Assembly: GCA_963794265.1 (NCBI GenBank)
Contig: CAWCDJ010000007.1
Location: 478,846 to 542,845 of the forward strand
Source of the DNA: Bryobacterales bacterium
Lineage (GTDB): Bacteria > Acidobacteriota > Terriglobia > Bryobacterales > Bryobacteraceae
Reading direction: 5' to 3'
Length of the DNA stretch: 64,000 bases
Below the pieces are notes generated by a model, which was given only the letters and a program-made list of their open reading frames with translations, had not been told where the DNA came from and ran no database searches. This document shows positions 15,629-26,600 of this stretch, in pieces (within the stretch, counting starts at the first letter, position 1; every line of letters begins with the position of its first letter). The position numbers and the translations under genes were made by a program.

Positions 15629-18600
15629 ATGAAGAGTGTCTTTTCATGGGCTATGGCGTTGCTCTTAATCCTTGCCGCAACTGGCATGGCCCAGGATTAC
15701 CGAGGACGCATCGAAGGCTTGGTCACAGACCAAAGCAAAGCGGTGATCGCGGGAGCAAACGTGACACTGCTGAACGTCAACACGGGAGTCAAGGTCGTCA
15801 AGCAGACCAGCGAAACTGGCCTGTACCTGTTCGACTTGGTTGATCCCGGCACTTATTCGGTCACCATCGAGTCGACCGGATTCAACCGCTTCATCCAGGA
15901 AAACATTACTGTTCAGACGCGCGGTGACGTTACCGTCAACGCCATGCTGACTCCTGGAGCGGTACAACAGAGCATCACGGTGGATGAGACGCCCGCGGCG
16001 GTGGAGTTCAACTCCGCCAACAAAGAGCTGACCATCGATTCGAAATTGGCGGAGGAAGTGCCGCGAATTGATCGAAACCCGTTTAAATTAACGTTGATCG
16101 CCCCGTCGGCGGTCAATACCCGCGGTGAAATGCAGCCGTACCATTCCTGGTCCGCCAACAGCGTGGACCTGGGTGGCGACACGAACCTGAAGAACGACCT
16201 CGAAGTCGACGGCATGCCGATCGGTATGGGCCAGAAGAACTCAACGCCGCCCAACACCGATGCCGTGCAGGAAGTCATCGTCTCCACCAACAGCGTAGAC
16301 GCCGAATCCGGCCACAGCGCTGGTGGCGGCATCACGATCACTACGAAATCCGGCACCAACGAATTTCATGGCACCGGCTTTTACGTGGGCCGTTATCCCT
16401 GGCTCAGCGCGGAAGCCGACCGCACGCGTTTCAGCGAGAATTCCCAGCGCCAGAATATGTTCGGCGGCACTCTCGGCAACCCGATCAAGAAGAACAAGCT
16501 GTTCAACTTCTTCTCGATGGAGGACTGGAAGGTCGGCTACCCGAATAGTTATGTCCGGACCGTACCGACCGCCCTCCAGGCACAAGGCGATTTCTCGCAG
16601 ACGTTGAACATCACCGGTGGCCAATCGACGATTTTCGACCCCTGGACCTCGGTACTGAATGCGGATGGCTCGGTGACCGTTCAGCCGTTCGCGGGCAATG
16701 TGATTCCGCAGAGCCGCATGGATCCTCTGGCGGCCAGCCTGATGAAGCAGTTCTGGGCGCCCAACAATGCCGGCATCAATATCACCGGCGCAAACAACTA
16801 TCTGAAGGGCTACAACGAAAAGTACGGATATTACAACTTTTCGGAGAGGGCCGACTACAATATCAACGATAAGTGGAAGGTCTTCGGACGTCTGGCCCAC
16901 TACAATACGACCGATATCGCGGGGAACCCGACACCGAACAACTCCGAACTCTACGTCCCGACAGGTACCGCGCGAGCGGCCTGGAACGCGGGCGGCGATG
17001 CCATTTGGAGCATCAATTCGCGCACCGTGGCAGAGTTTCGCGGTGACTGGCACAAGCTTCTGGACGCCTACGTTTCCACGCCCCTCGGTTCGAGCGGCTG
17101 GGGATCGATCTGGCCGAACAATGCCTGGTACGCACCGTATCAGACGGCTTCGGTTGGCGCGCCGGTCTACTTCCCCGATATGAACATCGGCGGACAAGGG
17201 TTTGGCGGCGGCGGTTTCTACTGGAACCAGGCGCCCAAGGGCGAAGCGATGTCCGCCAAGATCGCGCAGCAAAGAGGCTCGCACTATATCAAAGCCGGCT
17301 TTGAACAGCGCGAAAGCTACGGGCTCAGCTACGTGTCGAGCACGTCGAATTTCTATTTCAATCAGGCTTTGACGGCCAACACGTTCAACAATCCCGATAC
17401 CCTGCACTATGGCAATCCGTACGCCACCTTCCTGCTGGGCGCCTTGGATGGCTCCTCGCAGATGATCGGCGGTCCGGTTCCCGACGCGCACGTGAAGTTC
17501 TACGGCATGTATATCCAGGACGACTGGAAGGTGTCGCCGAGACTCACGTTGAACTTAGGCCTCCGGAACGAGTACGAGACGCCGCTCTACGATCCGCAGC
17601 ACAACTTCTCGCAGGGGTTGAACCTTTCGGCGGCGGTGCCGGAAATGCAGGCAACTCCTCCGGTCATGCCGGCGGCAGCCCTCAACATCGTAGGCAATAA
17701 CTTCTACCACTTTACAGGCCAATGGAACTTCACCAGCAGCAGCCATCCGGGTATGTTCGACGCCCAGAAACTGGCACTGCAGCCGCGCGTCGGCTTGGCT
17801 TACCGCATTAACGACAAGACGGCTTTCCGGTTTGGCTACGCGCGATACCTGACCCCGTACGAAATGAATATCGCGCTGGCGCCGGTTTCCGGTTATGAGA
17901 CAGTCGGGTTCCTGGAACCGCCGTTCCTGGGGATGACGGGCTACCAGAACACGCTGTCGCCCCTCCAGGGCGTGCCGCAGGAGACCATTTCGAATCCGTA
18001 TCCGACCTCCACCAATCCGCTGCTGCCCATTCTGGGCAAAGCCTACGGTGGGAATCTCGGGCGTGGCGGCCAGCCGCTGCTGTGGTACAACCCGAATCAG
18101 CAGAAGGGTCGCAATGACCGCTTTAACTTCAATATTCAGCGCCAGATTGTCAACCAGATCGTGGTTTCGGGAACCTACTTCCTGAATATCGGCAATCAGC
18201 AGTACACCAAGGCGTTGAACCAGATCAACCCGGCACTGGAAACGCAGTATCAGAACCAGTTGAACGTTCAGGTGGCAAATCCTTTCTATCACTACCTGAA
18301 CCAGACCCTGATGCCGGGTCCGCTGTATAACCAGCAAACGGTTTCCTTAGGCTCTTTGCTGGTGCCTTATCCGCAGTACGGCGGCTTGTACGAATTGGGC
18401 GACCTGGGCGCCGGCGAGCGGTATCAGTCGGTCGAACTGAAGGCGCAGAAGCAGTTCAGCAAGGGCTACAACTTCTTGGTGTCGTATGTATACATTCGGG
18501 AGAAGGCCCAGACCAATGGCTTCCTGAACGGCGGCGTGTTCAACGACCAGGAATGGTACTCGAACCAGCTCGTCTGGCAGGATAGCAATCAGCCGCATCA

Positions 18601-19147
18601 CCGCTTCAACATCGCGGGCACCTGGCAATTGCCGATAGGCAAGGGCAAGCATTTTCTTGGTGGTGTGCCCAAGGCGGCGGATGCCATCGTGGGCGGCTGG
18701 GAGGTCGCTGGTCTCTGGACGTTCATGTCCGGCGATTTCCCGCAGTTCGGCAACATGATCGTGACCGGGAACCCGTGCATTTCCAATCCAACTCCTCAGC
18801 ACTGGTTCAATACGGCGGCGTTCTCTCCGATACCCGCCAACACCTATGTTCTGCGTTCCAATCCGCTGCAATACGGTTGCCTGACGGGTCCGAAATTCTG
18901 GACCCTGGACAGCAACCTGACCAAGAGCTTCAACATTACCGAGAGAGTTCACGCGGAGCTCAAGATCGCGGCTTACAACGTTACCAACCGGCTGAACCGG
19001 GGCGATCCGGACACGGGCGTGCAATCTTCGACGTTCGGTCAGGCTCTCTATCAGGGCTCCCCGGGCGGCATTTTTGGCGCACAGGGTGCGACCTACGGCA
19101 ACCAAAGCGGCCGACAGGCTGAACTTGGCCTTAAGATAATATTCTAG
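15629..19147 (+). CDS. TonB-dependent receptor with N-terminal carboxypeptidase-regulatory-like domain
   Basis: ATG 15629 follows GAAAGGGG. Signal MKSVFSWAMALLLILAATGMAQ. CarboxypepD_reg-like domain (GRIEGLVTDQSKAVIAGANVTLLNVNTGV..GTYSVTIESTGF). Plug-like VQEVIVSTNSVDAESGHSAGGGITITTKSGTNEFHG. The long barrel ends in a terminal F (ELGLKIIF). Confidence 0.9.
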   Translation: MKSVFSWAMALLLILAATGMAQDYRGRIEGLVTDQSKAVIAGANVTLLNVNTGVKVVKQTSETGLYLFDLVDPGTYSVTIESTGFNRFIQENITVQTRGDVTVNAMLTPGAVQQSITVDETPAAVEFNSANKELTIDSKLAEEVPRIDRNPFKLTLIAPSAVNTRGEMQPYHSWSANSVDLGGDTNLKNDLEVDGMPIGMGQKNSTPPNTDAVQEVIVSTNSVDAESGHSAGGGITITTKSGTNEFHGTGFYVGRYPWLSAEADRTRFSENSQRQNMFGGTLGNPIKKNKLFNFFSMEDWKVGYPNSYVRTVPTALQAQGDFSQTLNITGGQSTIFDPWTSVLNADGSVTVQPFAGNVIPQSRMDPLAASLMKQFWAPNNAGINITGANNYLKGYNEKYGYYNFSERADYNINDKWKVFGRLAHYNTTDIAGNPTPNNSELYVPTGTARAAWNAGGDAIWSINSRTVAEFRGDWHKLLDAYVSTPLGSSGWGSIWPNNAWYAPYQTASVGAPVYFPDMNIGGQGFGGGGFYWNQAPKGEAMSAKIAQQRGSHYIKAGFEQRESYGLSYVSSTSNFYFNQALTANTFNNPDTLHYGNPYATFLLGALDGSSQMIGGPVPDAHVKFYGMYIQDDWKVSPRLTLNLGLRNEYETPLYDPQHNFSQGLNLSAAVPEMQATPPVMPAAALNIVGNNFYHFTGQWNFTSSSHPGMFDAQKLALQPRVGLAYRINDKTAFRFGYARYLTPYEMNIALAPVSGYETVGFLEPPFLGMTGYQNTLSPLQGVPQETISNPYPTSTNPLLPILGKAYGGNLGRGGQPLLWYNPNQQKGRNDRFNFNIQRQIVNQIVVSGTYFLNIGNQQYTKALNQINPALETQYQNQLNVQVANPFYHYLNQTLMPGPLYNQQTVSLGSLLVPYPQYGGLYELGDLGAGERYQSVELKAQKQFSKGYNFLVSYVYIREKAQTNGFLNGGVFNDQEWYSNQLVWQDSNQPHHRFNIAGTWQLPIGKGKHFLGGVPKAADAIVGGWEVAGLWTFMSGDFPQFGNMIVTGNPCISNPTPQHWFNTAAFSPIPANTYVLRSNPLQYGCLTGPKFWTLDSNLTKSFNITERVHAELKIAAYNVTNRLNRGDPDTGVQSSTFGQALYQGSPGGIFGAQGATYGNQSGRQAELGLKIIF

Positions 19148-19167
19148 GGCCACGTTCGAATACGGCT

Positions 19168-19206
19168 AAAAACAGCGGCGGGCGAAAGCCCGCCGCTGTT
19201 TTTGTG
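19168..19206 (+). terminator. intrinsic terminator
   Basis: AAAAACAGCGGCGGGC-GAAA-GCCCGCCGCTGTTTTT forms a perfect GC-rich stem with a GAAA loop and a T-tract, 21 nt after the receptor stop. Confidence 0.85.
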
Positions 19207-19272
19207 TTTGGCGGGTAACGCCAAATCCGAAGTATATTGATAGGTAGTGTTTCGTACGGCGCGAATTCACCC

Positions 19273-21012
19273 ATGGTTTCCTTCACCCGGCGTAGTGCAT
19301 TGACCCTTCTGGCTTTACCGGCCAGCCGGCTCTTCGGTCAGATCCAAGGGATGGCCTCACGCGGCATTAAGGCCGCCCCCCGGGGCAAGCCTTCCGGGCT
19401 TCCCTTTCACGCCAGGTTCACGGATATTGCGGCCCAGGCCGGCCTTATCACACCCGTGCTGTGCGGCCATCTCCAGCACGCCGACTACGTGATCGAGCCC
19501 ATGAGTTGCGGGGTGGCCTTCTTCGACTACGATAACGACGGCTGGCTCGACATTCTGGTGCTCACCGGATCCCGATTCGGCGATCCGCCGCCTAATGCCT
19601 CCAAGCGCCTGTACAAGAATAACCGGGACGGAACGTTCACCGACGTGACGAAGAGCGCCGGGCTCTTCAGCACCGGATACGAATACGGCGTCACGATTGG
19701 AGACTACAACAACGATGGATTCGAGGACGTGTTCATTACCGGGTGGGGCCAGAACACGCTATACCGGAACAACGGAGACGGCACCTTCACCGACGTAACG
19801 AAGGAAGCCGGGCTTCTCAACGCCAAGCCGCGCTTTGGCACCGGATGCACATTCCTCGATTACGATCGGGATGGCCGGCTCGACCTGTTTGTTTCCAACT
19901 ATCTCGCCTTCGACATGGAGACCGTGCCGCGGGCGGGCGAGTCGAAGAGTTGCAGCGAAAACCTGTTTTGCGGACCGCGCGGACTCCCTTACGGGCGCCA
20001 CTCGCTGTATCACAACAACGGAGACGGGACGTTCACCGACGTCACCGAAAAATCGGGTATCGCAAAGACGCCGGGCGGCTACGGCCTGACGGCGGTGTCC
20101 GCGGACTTCGATAACGACGGCTGGCCGGATATTTACGTCGCCTGCGATTCCACCCCCAGCCTGATGTTTCGCAACAACCACGACGGCACTTTCACGGAGC
20201 AGGGGCTCGAAACCGGTGTGGCCCTCAGCGACGACGGGATGGTGCAGGCCGGCATGGGCCTGGCTGTGGGCGATTTCCGGCTGGACGGTAATCTCCATAT
20301 CATCAAGACGCACTTTTCGGGAGACACGCCGGCCGTATACCTCAACGATGGCAAGGGCAATTTTCAGGACGGAACCCTGCGCTCCGGCCTCGCCGTGGAA
20401 ACACGCTTCATCGATTGGGGCATTGGCATCGCGGACCTCGACAATAACGGTAATCCCGACCTTTTCATTGTGACCGGCGGCATCTACCCGGAGTTGCGAG
20501 ACGACTACGACACGCCCCGCGTCATTTTCCGGAACCTGGGCAATGGCCGGTTTGAAGAACTTCTGGGAATGGGCGGGCCAGGCGTGGACGCAACGCATTC
20601 GAGCCGGGGCTGCGCCTTCGGAGACTTCGACAACGACGGCGACGTGGACGTCGTGATCGTCAACCACAACGAACCGCCGTCGCTGCTTCGGAATGACGTG
20701 GACCCGGCAAACCACTGGCTCAAGATCAAATTGATGGGCGTCCAGTCGAATCGTAGCGCCATCGGCGCACGCGTGACCGTCCACTACGGCGATAAGCTTC
20801 AGGCGCAGGAGGTGCTCAGCCAGTCGTCGTACCTCTCCATGAGCGACACCCGCCTGCATTTCGGGCTCGGGCCGGTAAACGTGGCGGACGTCGAAATCCG
20901 GTGGCCCCTCGGGCGCGTCGAGAGGCTGGAAAAGGTCGATACAGACCAGTTAATCTGGGTTAAGGAGGGCTCCGGAATCGCACGGTCCGAGCGGTTCCCC
21001 GAACGGAAGTGA
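19273..21012 (+). CDS. CRTAC1 family protein (FG-GAP + ASPIC/UnbV), paralogue 2, Tat-like signal
   Basis: ATG 19273 gives MVSFTRRSALTLLALPASRLFGQ, with a twin-arginine motif (the ORF-track start 19237 is TTG). FG-GAP units (FFDYDNDGWLDILV, DYNNDGFEDVFI, DYDRDGRLDLFV, DFDNDGWPDIYV). UnbV block NHWLKIKLMGVQSNRSAIGARVTV..SYLSMSDTRLHFGLG. Confidence 0.9.
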   Translation: MVSFTRRSALTLLALPASRLFGQIQGMASRGIKAAPRGKPSGLPFHARFTDIAAQAGLITPVLCGHLQHADYVIEPMSCGVAFFDYDNDGWLDILVLTGSRFGDPPPNASKRLYKNNRDGTFTDVTKSAGLFSTGYEYGVTIGDYNNDGFEDVFITGWGQNTLYRNNGDGTFTDVTKEAGLLNAKPRFGTGCTFLDYDRDGRLDLFVSNYLAFDMETVPRAGESKSCSENLFCGPRGLPYGRHSLYHNNGDGTFTDVTEKSGIAKTPGGYGLTAVSADFDNDGWPDIYVACDSTPSLMFRNNHDGTFTEQGLETGVALSDDGMVQAGMGLAVGDFRLDGNLHIIKTHFSGDTPAVYLNDGKGNFQDGTLRSGLAVETRFIDWGIGIADLDNNGNPDLFIVTGGIYPELRDDYDTPRVIFRNLGNGRFEELLGMGGPGVDATHSSRGCAFGDFDNDGDVDVVIVNHNEPPSLLRNDVDPANHWLKIKLMGVQSNRSAIGARVTVHYGDKLQAQEVLSQSSYLSMSDTRLHFGLGPVNVADVEIRWPLGRVERLEKVDTDQLIWVKEGSGIARSERFPERK

Positions 21013-22208
21013 TGAGATACCTGCCGCGCCGGCTTCGAGCATCGCTGGTGATCGTCTGCGCCGGCGTGGCGCTGGCGCAGAAGCCGGCCATCGAAGGAGC
21101 ATGGCGGTTGCTTGCCCAGGGAAAGCGCGATCAGGCGGTGACCCTGCTGCGCGAAGTCATCCGGGCGAACCCCCGGAATGCGGATGCGCACCTGCTGCTG
21201 GGCAGTGTCCTGATGGACGCCGGGCAGCGCGATGAATCGATCGCGCAACTGCGTGAGGGAGTTCGGCTGGAGCCTGAATCCGCCGAGGCGCACAACGCGC
21301 TGGGGGAAGCCTACAACGCCTTTGGAGATCCAACCTCGGCGGAACCGGAATTCGAGCGCGCGGTCGAACTCGATCCGCGGCATGCGCAGGCCCAGGTGAA
21401 CCTCGGGGCCGCTCTGTTGCAGCAAGGCAAGGGCGCGGCCGCCGCCCCTCACCTGGATGAGGGCATCAGGCTCTTCGGGCGCAAACCGGATGCCGCCTAT
21501 CCTCTCTACCTGCGGGCCAAGATCTACACCGACGACAGCGATATCCAAAAAGCAGCGTCCGAATTGAAGCAGGCGGTCGAACTGCGCCCGGACTTCGCAG
21601 AGGCGTGGTCGGACCTGGGGGATGCCCGAAAGAGCCAGGGCGACGATGCCGGCGCGTTATCCGACTTTCGCCGCGCGGTCTCGTTGAGTCCCGACGACCC
21701 TATCGCACAGTACCGCCTGGGCTCCCAGTTGCTGGACACGGGCGCGGCGCATGAGGCTGTAGACCACCTCGATGCGGCCGTTCGCCTGGATCCGAAAAAT
21801 CAGTCGGCGCTCAATGCCCTGCAACGGGCCCTGCGGCGGGACGGCCAGGTGGAGCGAGCCGAAGCGGTGAAGGCGAAGCTGGCGGAAGTGCTGCGACAGC
21901 GGGACCAGGCAGACCAGAAAATGGTGGCGGCCTTCGAAATGAACAACCGAGGCGCGGAACTCGAAAAGGCCGGCGATATTCGTGGGGCGTCCGAGAAATA
22001 CCGCGCCGCGCTGGAACTCCTGCCCGAGCACGTGGGAATCCGGACCAACCTTGCGGTGGCTCTTCTGAAACTCGGAAACTGGCAGGAGGGCATCGCCCAA
22101 ATGCGCGAGGCGCTGCGGCGGGATCCCGGCAACACGAAGCTCCAAAGAGCGCTCGAAGATGCTCTCGCGCAGGCCAAGGCCCACGGGATCGTCCTGAAGA
22201 AACAGTAA
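21009..22208 (+). CDS. TPR repeat protein
   Basis: The start (GTG 21009 or ATG 21012) overlaps the CRTAC1 stop TGA 21010-21012. Signal-like MMRYLPRRLRASLVIVCAGVALAQ. Tandem TPR units (AHNALGEAYNAFGDPTSAEPEFERAVELDP, AWSDLGDARKSQGDDAGALSDFRRAVSLSP, etc.). Confidence 0.85.
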   Translation: MMRYLPRRLRASLVIVCAGVALAQKPAIEGAWRLLAQGKRDQAVTLLREVIRANPRNADAHLLLGSVLMDAGQRDESIAQLREGVRLEPESAEAHNALGEAYNAFGDPTSAEPEFERAVELDPRHAQAQVNLGAALLQQGKGAAAAPHLDEGIRLFGRKPDAAYPLYLRAKIYTDDSDIQKAASELKQAVELRPDFAEAWSDLGDARKSQGDDAGALSDFRRAVSLSPDDPIAQYRLGSQLLDTGAAHEAVDHLDAAVRLDPKNQSALNALQRALRRDGQVERAEAVKAKLAEVLRQRDQADQKMVAAFEMNNRGAELEKAGDIRGASEKYRAALELLPEHVGIRTNLAVALLKLGNWQEGIAQMREALRRDPGNTKLQRALEDALAQAKAHGIVLKKQ

Positions 22209-22266
22209 CTCCGGGGCTCTTCTTCTACGCAGTTGCAAGGTAAAGATCGAATTACAAGGGAGCAGT

Positions 22267-23499
22267 ATGGAAACGACGAGCCGATCAGTTGCGGCGCCGG
22301 CTTTTGCCGGCACCGATTCAGCCATTCCAGAGCAGGCGAGGGCTGCCGTCCTGGAGGGTGCCGGCAAGGATGCGCCGATATCTTCGAAAGACAATCTGAG
22401 AATAACCAGGCTGGAGACTTTCCTTGTCAAGCCGCGCTGGTTGTTCCTCAAGATCCATACGAATGCCGGAATTGTCGGATTGGGCGAGCCGATCACGGAG
22501 GGTCGCGCTCTGACGTGTGCCGAAGCGGTCAGGGAAATCGAACCTTATCTGATCGGCAAAGATCCACGGCGGGTGGTGCATCATTGGCAGGCGATCTACC
22601 GGCATGCGTTCTATCGCGGCGGTCCCATTCTGACCAGCGCCCTCAGCGGGATCGACCAGGCACTCTGGGATATCAAGGGAAAGGCGCTGGGGGTTCCGGT
22701 CTACGAACTTCTGGGAGGCCCGACCCGCAGCCGCATCCGGGTCTATGCCCACGCCAGCACGACGGAACAAATGAAACGGATGCAGGAATTGGGATTCAGC
22801 GCCTTCAAAACGGGTCCGGCGAAGAAGCGGCCGTCCCGCTATATCGAAACGCTGGCAGCCGTGAATTACGCCGCGGAACGCTTCGCCGAATTGCGGGCCG
22901 CCATGGGCCCGGATGTGGACATCGCAATCGATTTCCACGGCGCCACCAGCCCGGCGACAGCCAAGTTGCTCATCAAGGCGCTCGAACCCCATCAGCCCAT
23001 GTTCATTGAAGAACCCTGCCAGTGCCAGGATCACGATGCGATGGCTGAGATTGCGCGCGGCACGCACCTTCCGATTGCGACCGGCGAACGCGTATTCACC
23101 AAGTGGGGCTTCCGGGAAGTGCTCGAGAAACGCGCCGCTACCGTGTTGCAGCCCGACTTGAGCCACGCCGGAGGGATTACCGAAGGGCGCCTGATCGCGG
23201 GTATGGCGGAGGCCTATTCCGCTTCCATCGCCCCGCACAATCCGCTAGGCCCGATTTCCCTGGCCGCGGGCGTGCAGTTGGCTGCTTCGATTCCCAATTT
23301 CCTCTGCCAGGAGCAGGTCTCGCTCGGTGAGGGATACCTGAAGGAGCCTTTCACGGTCCGCGAAGGCTATCTCGATCTCCCGGCTGGTCCCGGGCTGGGC
23401 ATTGAACTGGACGAGAACGCGCTCGCCGACAAGATGAACCACGACTGGCACAACCAGGAGAGCTACGATTTCGACGACGGTTCCGTGGTCGATTGGTAG
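22267..23499 (+). CDS. enolase-superfamily acid-sugar dehydratase (galactonate dehydratase-like)
   Basis: ATG 22267 follows GGGAG. The core matches the DgoD-like pattern (RITRLETFLVKPRWLFLKIHTNAGIVGLGEP, SGIDQALWDIKGKALGVPVYELLGG, DFHG, FIEEP, IATGE). A ~43-aa N-terminal extension has no alternative ATG/GTG/TTG start in frame. Confidence 0.85.
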   Translation: METTSRSVAAPAFAGTDSAIPEQARAAVLEGAGKDAPISSKDNLRITRLETFLVKPRWLFLKIHTNAGIVGLGEPITEGRALTCAEAVREIEPYLIGKDPRRVVHHWQAIYRHAFYRGGPILTSALSGIDQALWDIKGKALGVPVYELLGGPTRSRIRVYAHASTTEQMKRMQELGFSAFKTGPAKKRPSRYIETLAAVNYAAERFAELRAAMGPDVDIAIDFHGATSPATAKLLIKALEPHQPMFIEEPCQCQDHDAMAEIARGTHLPIATGERVFTKWGFREVLEKRAATVLQPDLSHAGGITEGRLIAGMAEAYSASIAPHNPLGPISLAAGVQLAASIPNFLCQEQVSLGEGYLKEPFTVREGYLDLPAGPGLGIELDENALADKMNHDWHNQESYDFDDGSVVDW

Positions 23500-23600
23500 T
23501 AGCGGGGGACCGCGCTGCCAGCCATGTGCCGCCCTGTTCCGCCCGCAGCGGTGAGGTGGGTTAAGATAAGCCTGCTAATCCTGGTTTCTGGAGTGGACTC

Positions 23601-26600
23601 ATGAGAAAGCTCTTGCTGTTCTCGGTTGTATTGGCGGTTGTCATTCCGTCCTCCCGCGGGGCATCGATTTACACCGCGCGACTCGACGATCCCAAGGCAG
23701 TCTACCTGACCACTGACCGGTTTCCGGTTCGCGGTGACGGCAAGGCGGACGATAGCGCGGCGATTCAGGCCGCGATCGATAAGGTTCAGGAGACCACGGG
23801 AGAGGGGATTCTCTTCGTTCCAGAGGGCCGGTATCGCGTCACGAGGACCATTTATGTCTGGCCAGGCGTGCGGGTGATCGGCTATGGCGAAAAACGCCCC
23901 GTCTTCGTGCTGGCGGACCAGACTCCAGGCTTCCAGCAGGGAATCGGCTACATGTTCTTCTTCGCCGGTTTTCGACCCAATCAGCGGAGCGGGCGCGCCG
24001 GGTTTCCACGCCGGGGCTTTCGGATGCCGCCCCCGCCTTCAGGATCGGTGCCTCCGGACCAGACAATTGCGGACGCCAACCCGGGCACTTTCTATTCCGC
24101 GATGAGCAATATAGATTTCGAGATCGGAAGCGGAAACGCTGCCGCCGTCGGAATCCGCTTTCACGTCGCCCAACACGGATACCTGGCCCACATGGACTTC
24201 CAGATCGGTTCGGGGCTGGCTGCTCTCAACGACATCGGGAACGAGGCCGAAGACCTGCACTTCCACGGCGGCCGTTACGGCATACTCACGCGCAAACCTT
24301 CGCCGGCATGGCAGTTCACGCTGATCGACTCGACCTTCGATGGCCAGCGGGAAGCGGCGATCCGTGAAAACGAGGCGGGCCTGACGCTGGTTCACGACGC
24401 CTTCCGGAACGTTCCCACCGCGATTTCGATCGACCCCCGGTATTCCGACCAGCTTTGGGTGAAAGATGCGCGTTTCGAAAACGTCAGCGGTCCCGCGATC
24501 GTGATCAGCAACGAGAACAACCGGATGACCGAGATCAACCTGGAGGGCATCACTTGCCGCCATGTGCCGGTGTTCGCGCGATTTCGCGAGAGCGGGCGGG
24601 AACTTGCCGGGCCGGGCGAGACGTACGAGGTGAAGATCCTCTCCCACGGCCTCACGCTCCCGGCGTTGGGCGCCAACGGAGAAATCAAGACCCGCTATGA
24701 CGCCGCCCCGCTCCAGGCCCTGCCGCCCTTCTCGCCGAACGCCATCCGGAGCCTGCCTGCGGCCGACACGTGGGTCAATCTGCGCTCGCTGGGCGTGAAA
24801 GGCGATGGCTCGACCGACGAGACCGCCGCCATTCAGAAGGCGATCGACGGACACCGCGCCCTGTACATTCCTTCCGGACACTACATCGTGAGCGACACGC
24901 TCCGGTTGCGACCCGACAGCGTGCTCATCGGCCTGCATCCGGACCAGACCCAGTTCGACGTTCTCGAATCCACACCGCGGTTCCAGGGGCCGGGCACTCC
25001 CCTTCCGATTCTCGAAGCGCCGCGCGGGGGGAGCGACATCGTGACCGGGATCGGTCTTTACACCAACGGCATCAACAGCCGCGGCGTGGGCGCCATGTGG
25101 ATGGCCGGTACGGATTCCCTCATGGATGACGTGCGCTTTCTCGGGGGCCACGGAACCGACGGCATCGACGGCCGGCGAGTCAATCCGTATAGCGCGAATC
25201 TGGCCTCGGATCCGGATCCCCACCGCCGCTGGGACGCGCAGTACCCCAGTTTGTGGATCACGCACGGCGGAGGCGGCACGTTCGCGAATATCTGGACGCC
25301 CGACACCTTCGCCGAGGCGGGCCTCTATATCTCGGATACCTCCACGCCCGGCCGCGTGTACGAACTATCGAGCGAGCATCACGTCCGCATGGAGATCAAG
25401 CTCGATCAGGTAGCCAACTGGGACCTCTACGCCTTGCAGACCGAGGGCGAGCGGGAGGAGAGCGCGGATGCGCTTTCGCTCGAGATCAGCAGGTCGAGCA
25501 ATATTACCATTGCCAATTACCACGGCTACCGCGTGGTGAGAAGTTATCATCCTTACCCGTACGCGGTTCACATATATGACTCGCACGATATCCGGTTCCG
25601 TAACGTGCACGTGGATAGTAACAGCGCCATAGCTCTATGCGACGAGTCGGGCTGCCGCCAGCAGACAAGGTCCAGTAAAGTCTCTTATGAAAACTGCATT
25701 TTCGACCAATCTCTGAACGCCGAAGTCAGGGACCGGGAATTCGCGTGGCTGGATGACACCGGCAAGGCGGCTCCGTCCCAGCCGCACCGGCCTTCCCCCG
25801 TGCTCCAACCGGGCGCCACGGTAGAGAAGCTGACCTCCGGCTTCTACAACATCTCCGGCGCGGCCGCGGATCCTTCCGGCCGATTGTATTTCGTCGATGG
25901 TCACCGGCAGCGGATTTACCGATGGACACCGGAAACTAGGGATCTTCGCGTTATTCGCGACAATCCGCTGGATCCCGTGAACCTGATATTCGACAAAGCG
26001 GGCGACCTGATCGTCGTCTCTTCCGGCGGAAAAGGAATGACCGTCTATTCCTTCCGTCCCGATGGCCCGGAGGATGAACTCACCGTCCTTCAACCGGAGC
26101 GGCCCGAAGAACGTCCCGGCATGACCGTCGTCCTCCCGGTGGATTACTGGGTAAACGGGGACTTCACGAACACGCTCTCTACAGAGAACTACGAATACGT
26201 ATCCCTTGATCAAATGTTTTCGAAGGTCGTGTCGACGAGGATGCCCCACCAGTACGTCTCACCGGATCGGACGCTTTTCATCCCGGCCGAGGATGCAATT
26301 GTTCAGGGGGCGCCGTACTTCGGATATAAGTTCGGCTATCTTCTACAGGCGTTCGGCCTGGTGGAGAACGTCCCAGGTAAGCCGTTTTACGTGACCAACG
26401 AATCGGAACAGCGGACTTACAAAGCGACGGTGAATCCAGACGGCACTCTTTCCCGCCTCCAACTCTTCACGGAACAGGGTGGAGAGAGCCTTGCGCAAGA
26501 CGCGGAAGGAAACGTCTATCTCGCGGCCGGCCAGATTTTTGTATACAGCCCGTCGGCTAAACTGATCGATACGATCCGAGTTCCAGAGCGTCCGCTCGAC

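Noticed and set aside
16241-17491. Long antisense or alternative-frame ORFs of 250-530 aa, for example 16241-17491(-), 26794-28146(+), 28408-29787(+), 44764-45840(-), 54825-56153(-), 56009-57235(+), 57048-58634(-), 61400-62770(+), 5501-6694(+), 8175-9026(-), 430-1209(-).
   Set aside because: All lie opposite or out of frame to genes with strong family signatures. They have the Arg/Gly/Pro/His-rich low-complexity composition typical of shadow ORFs in high-GC DNA and show no recognisable motifs.
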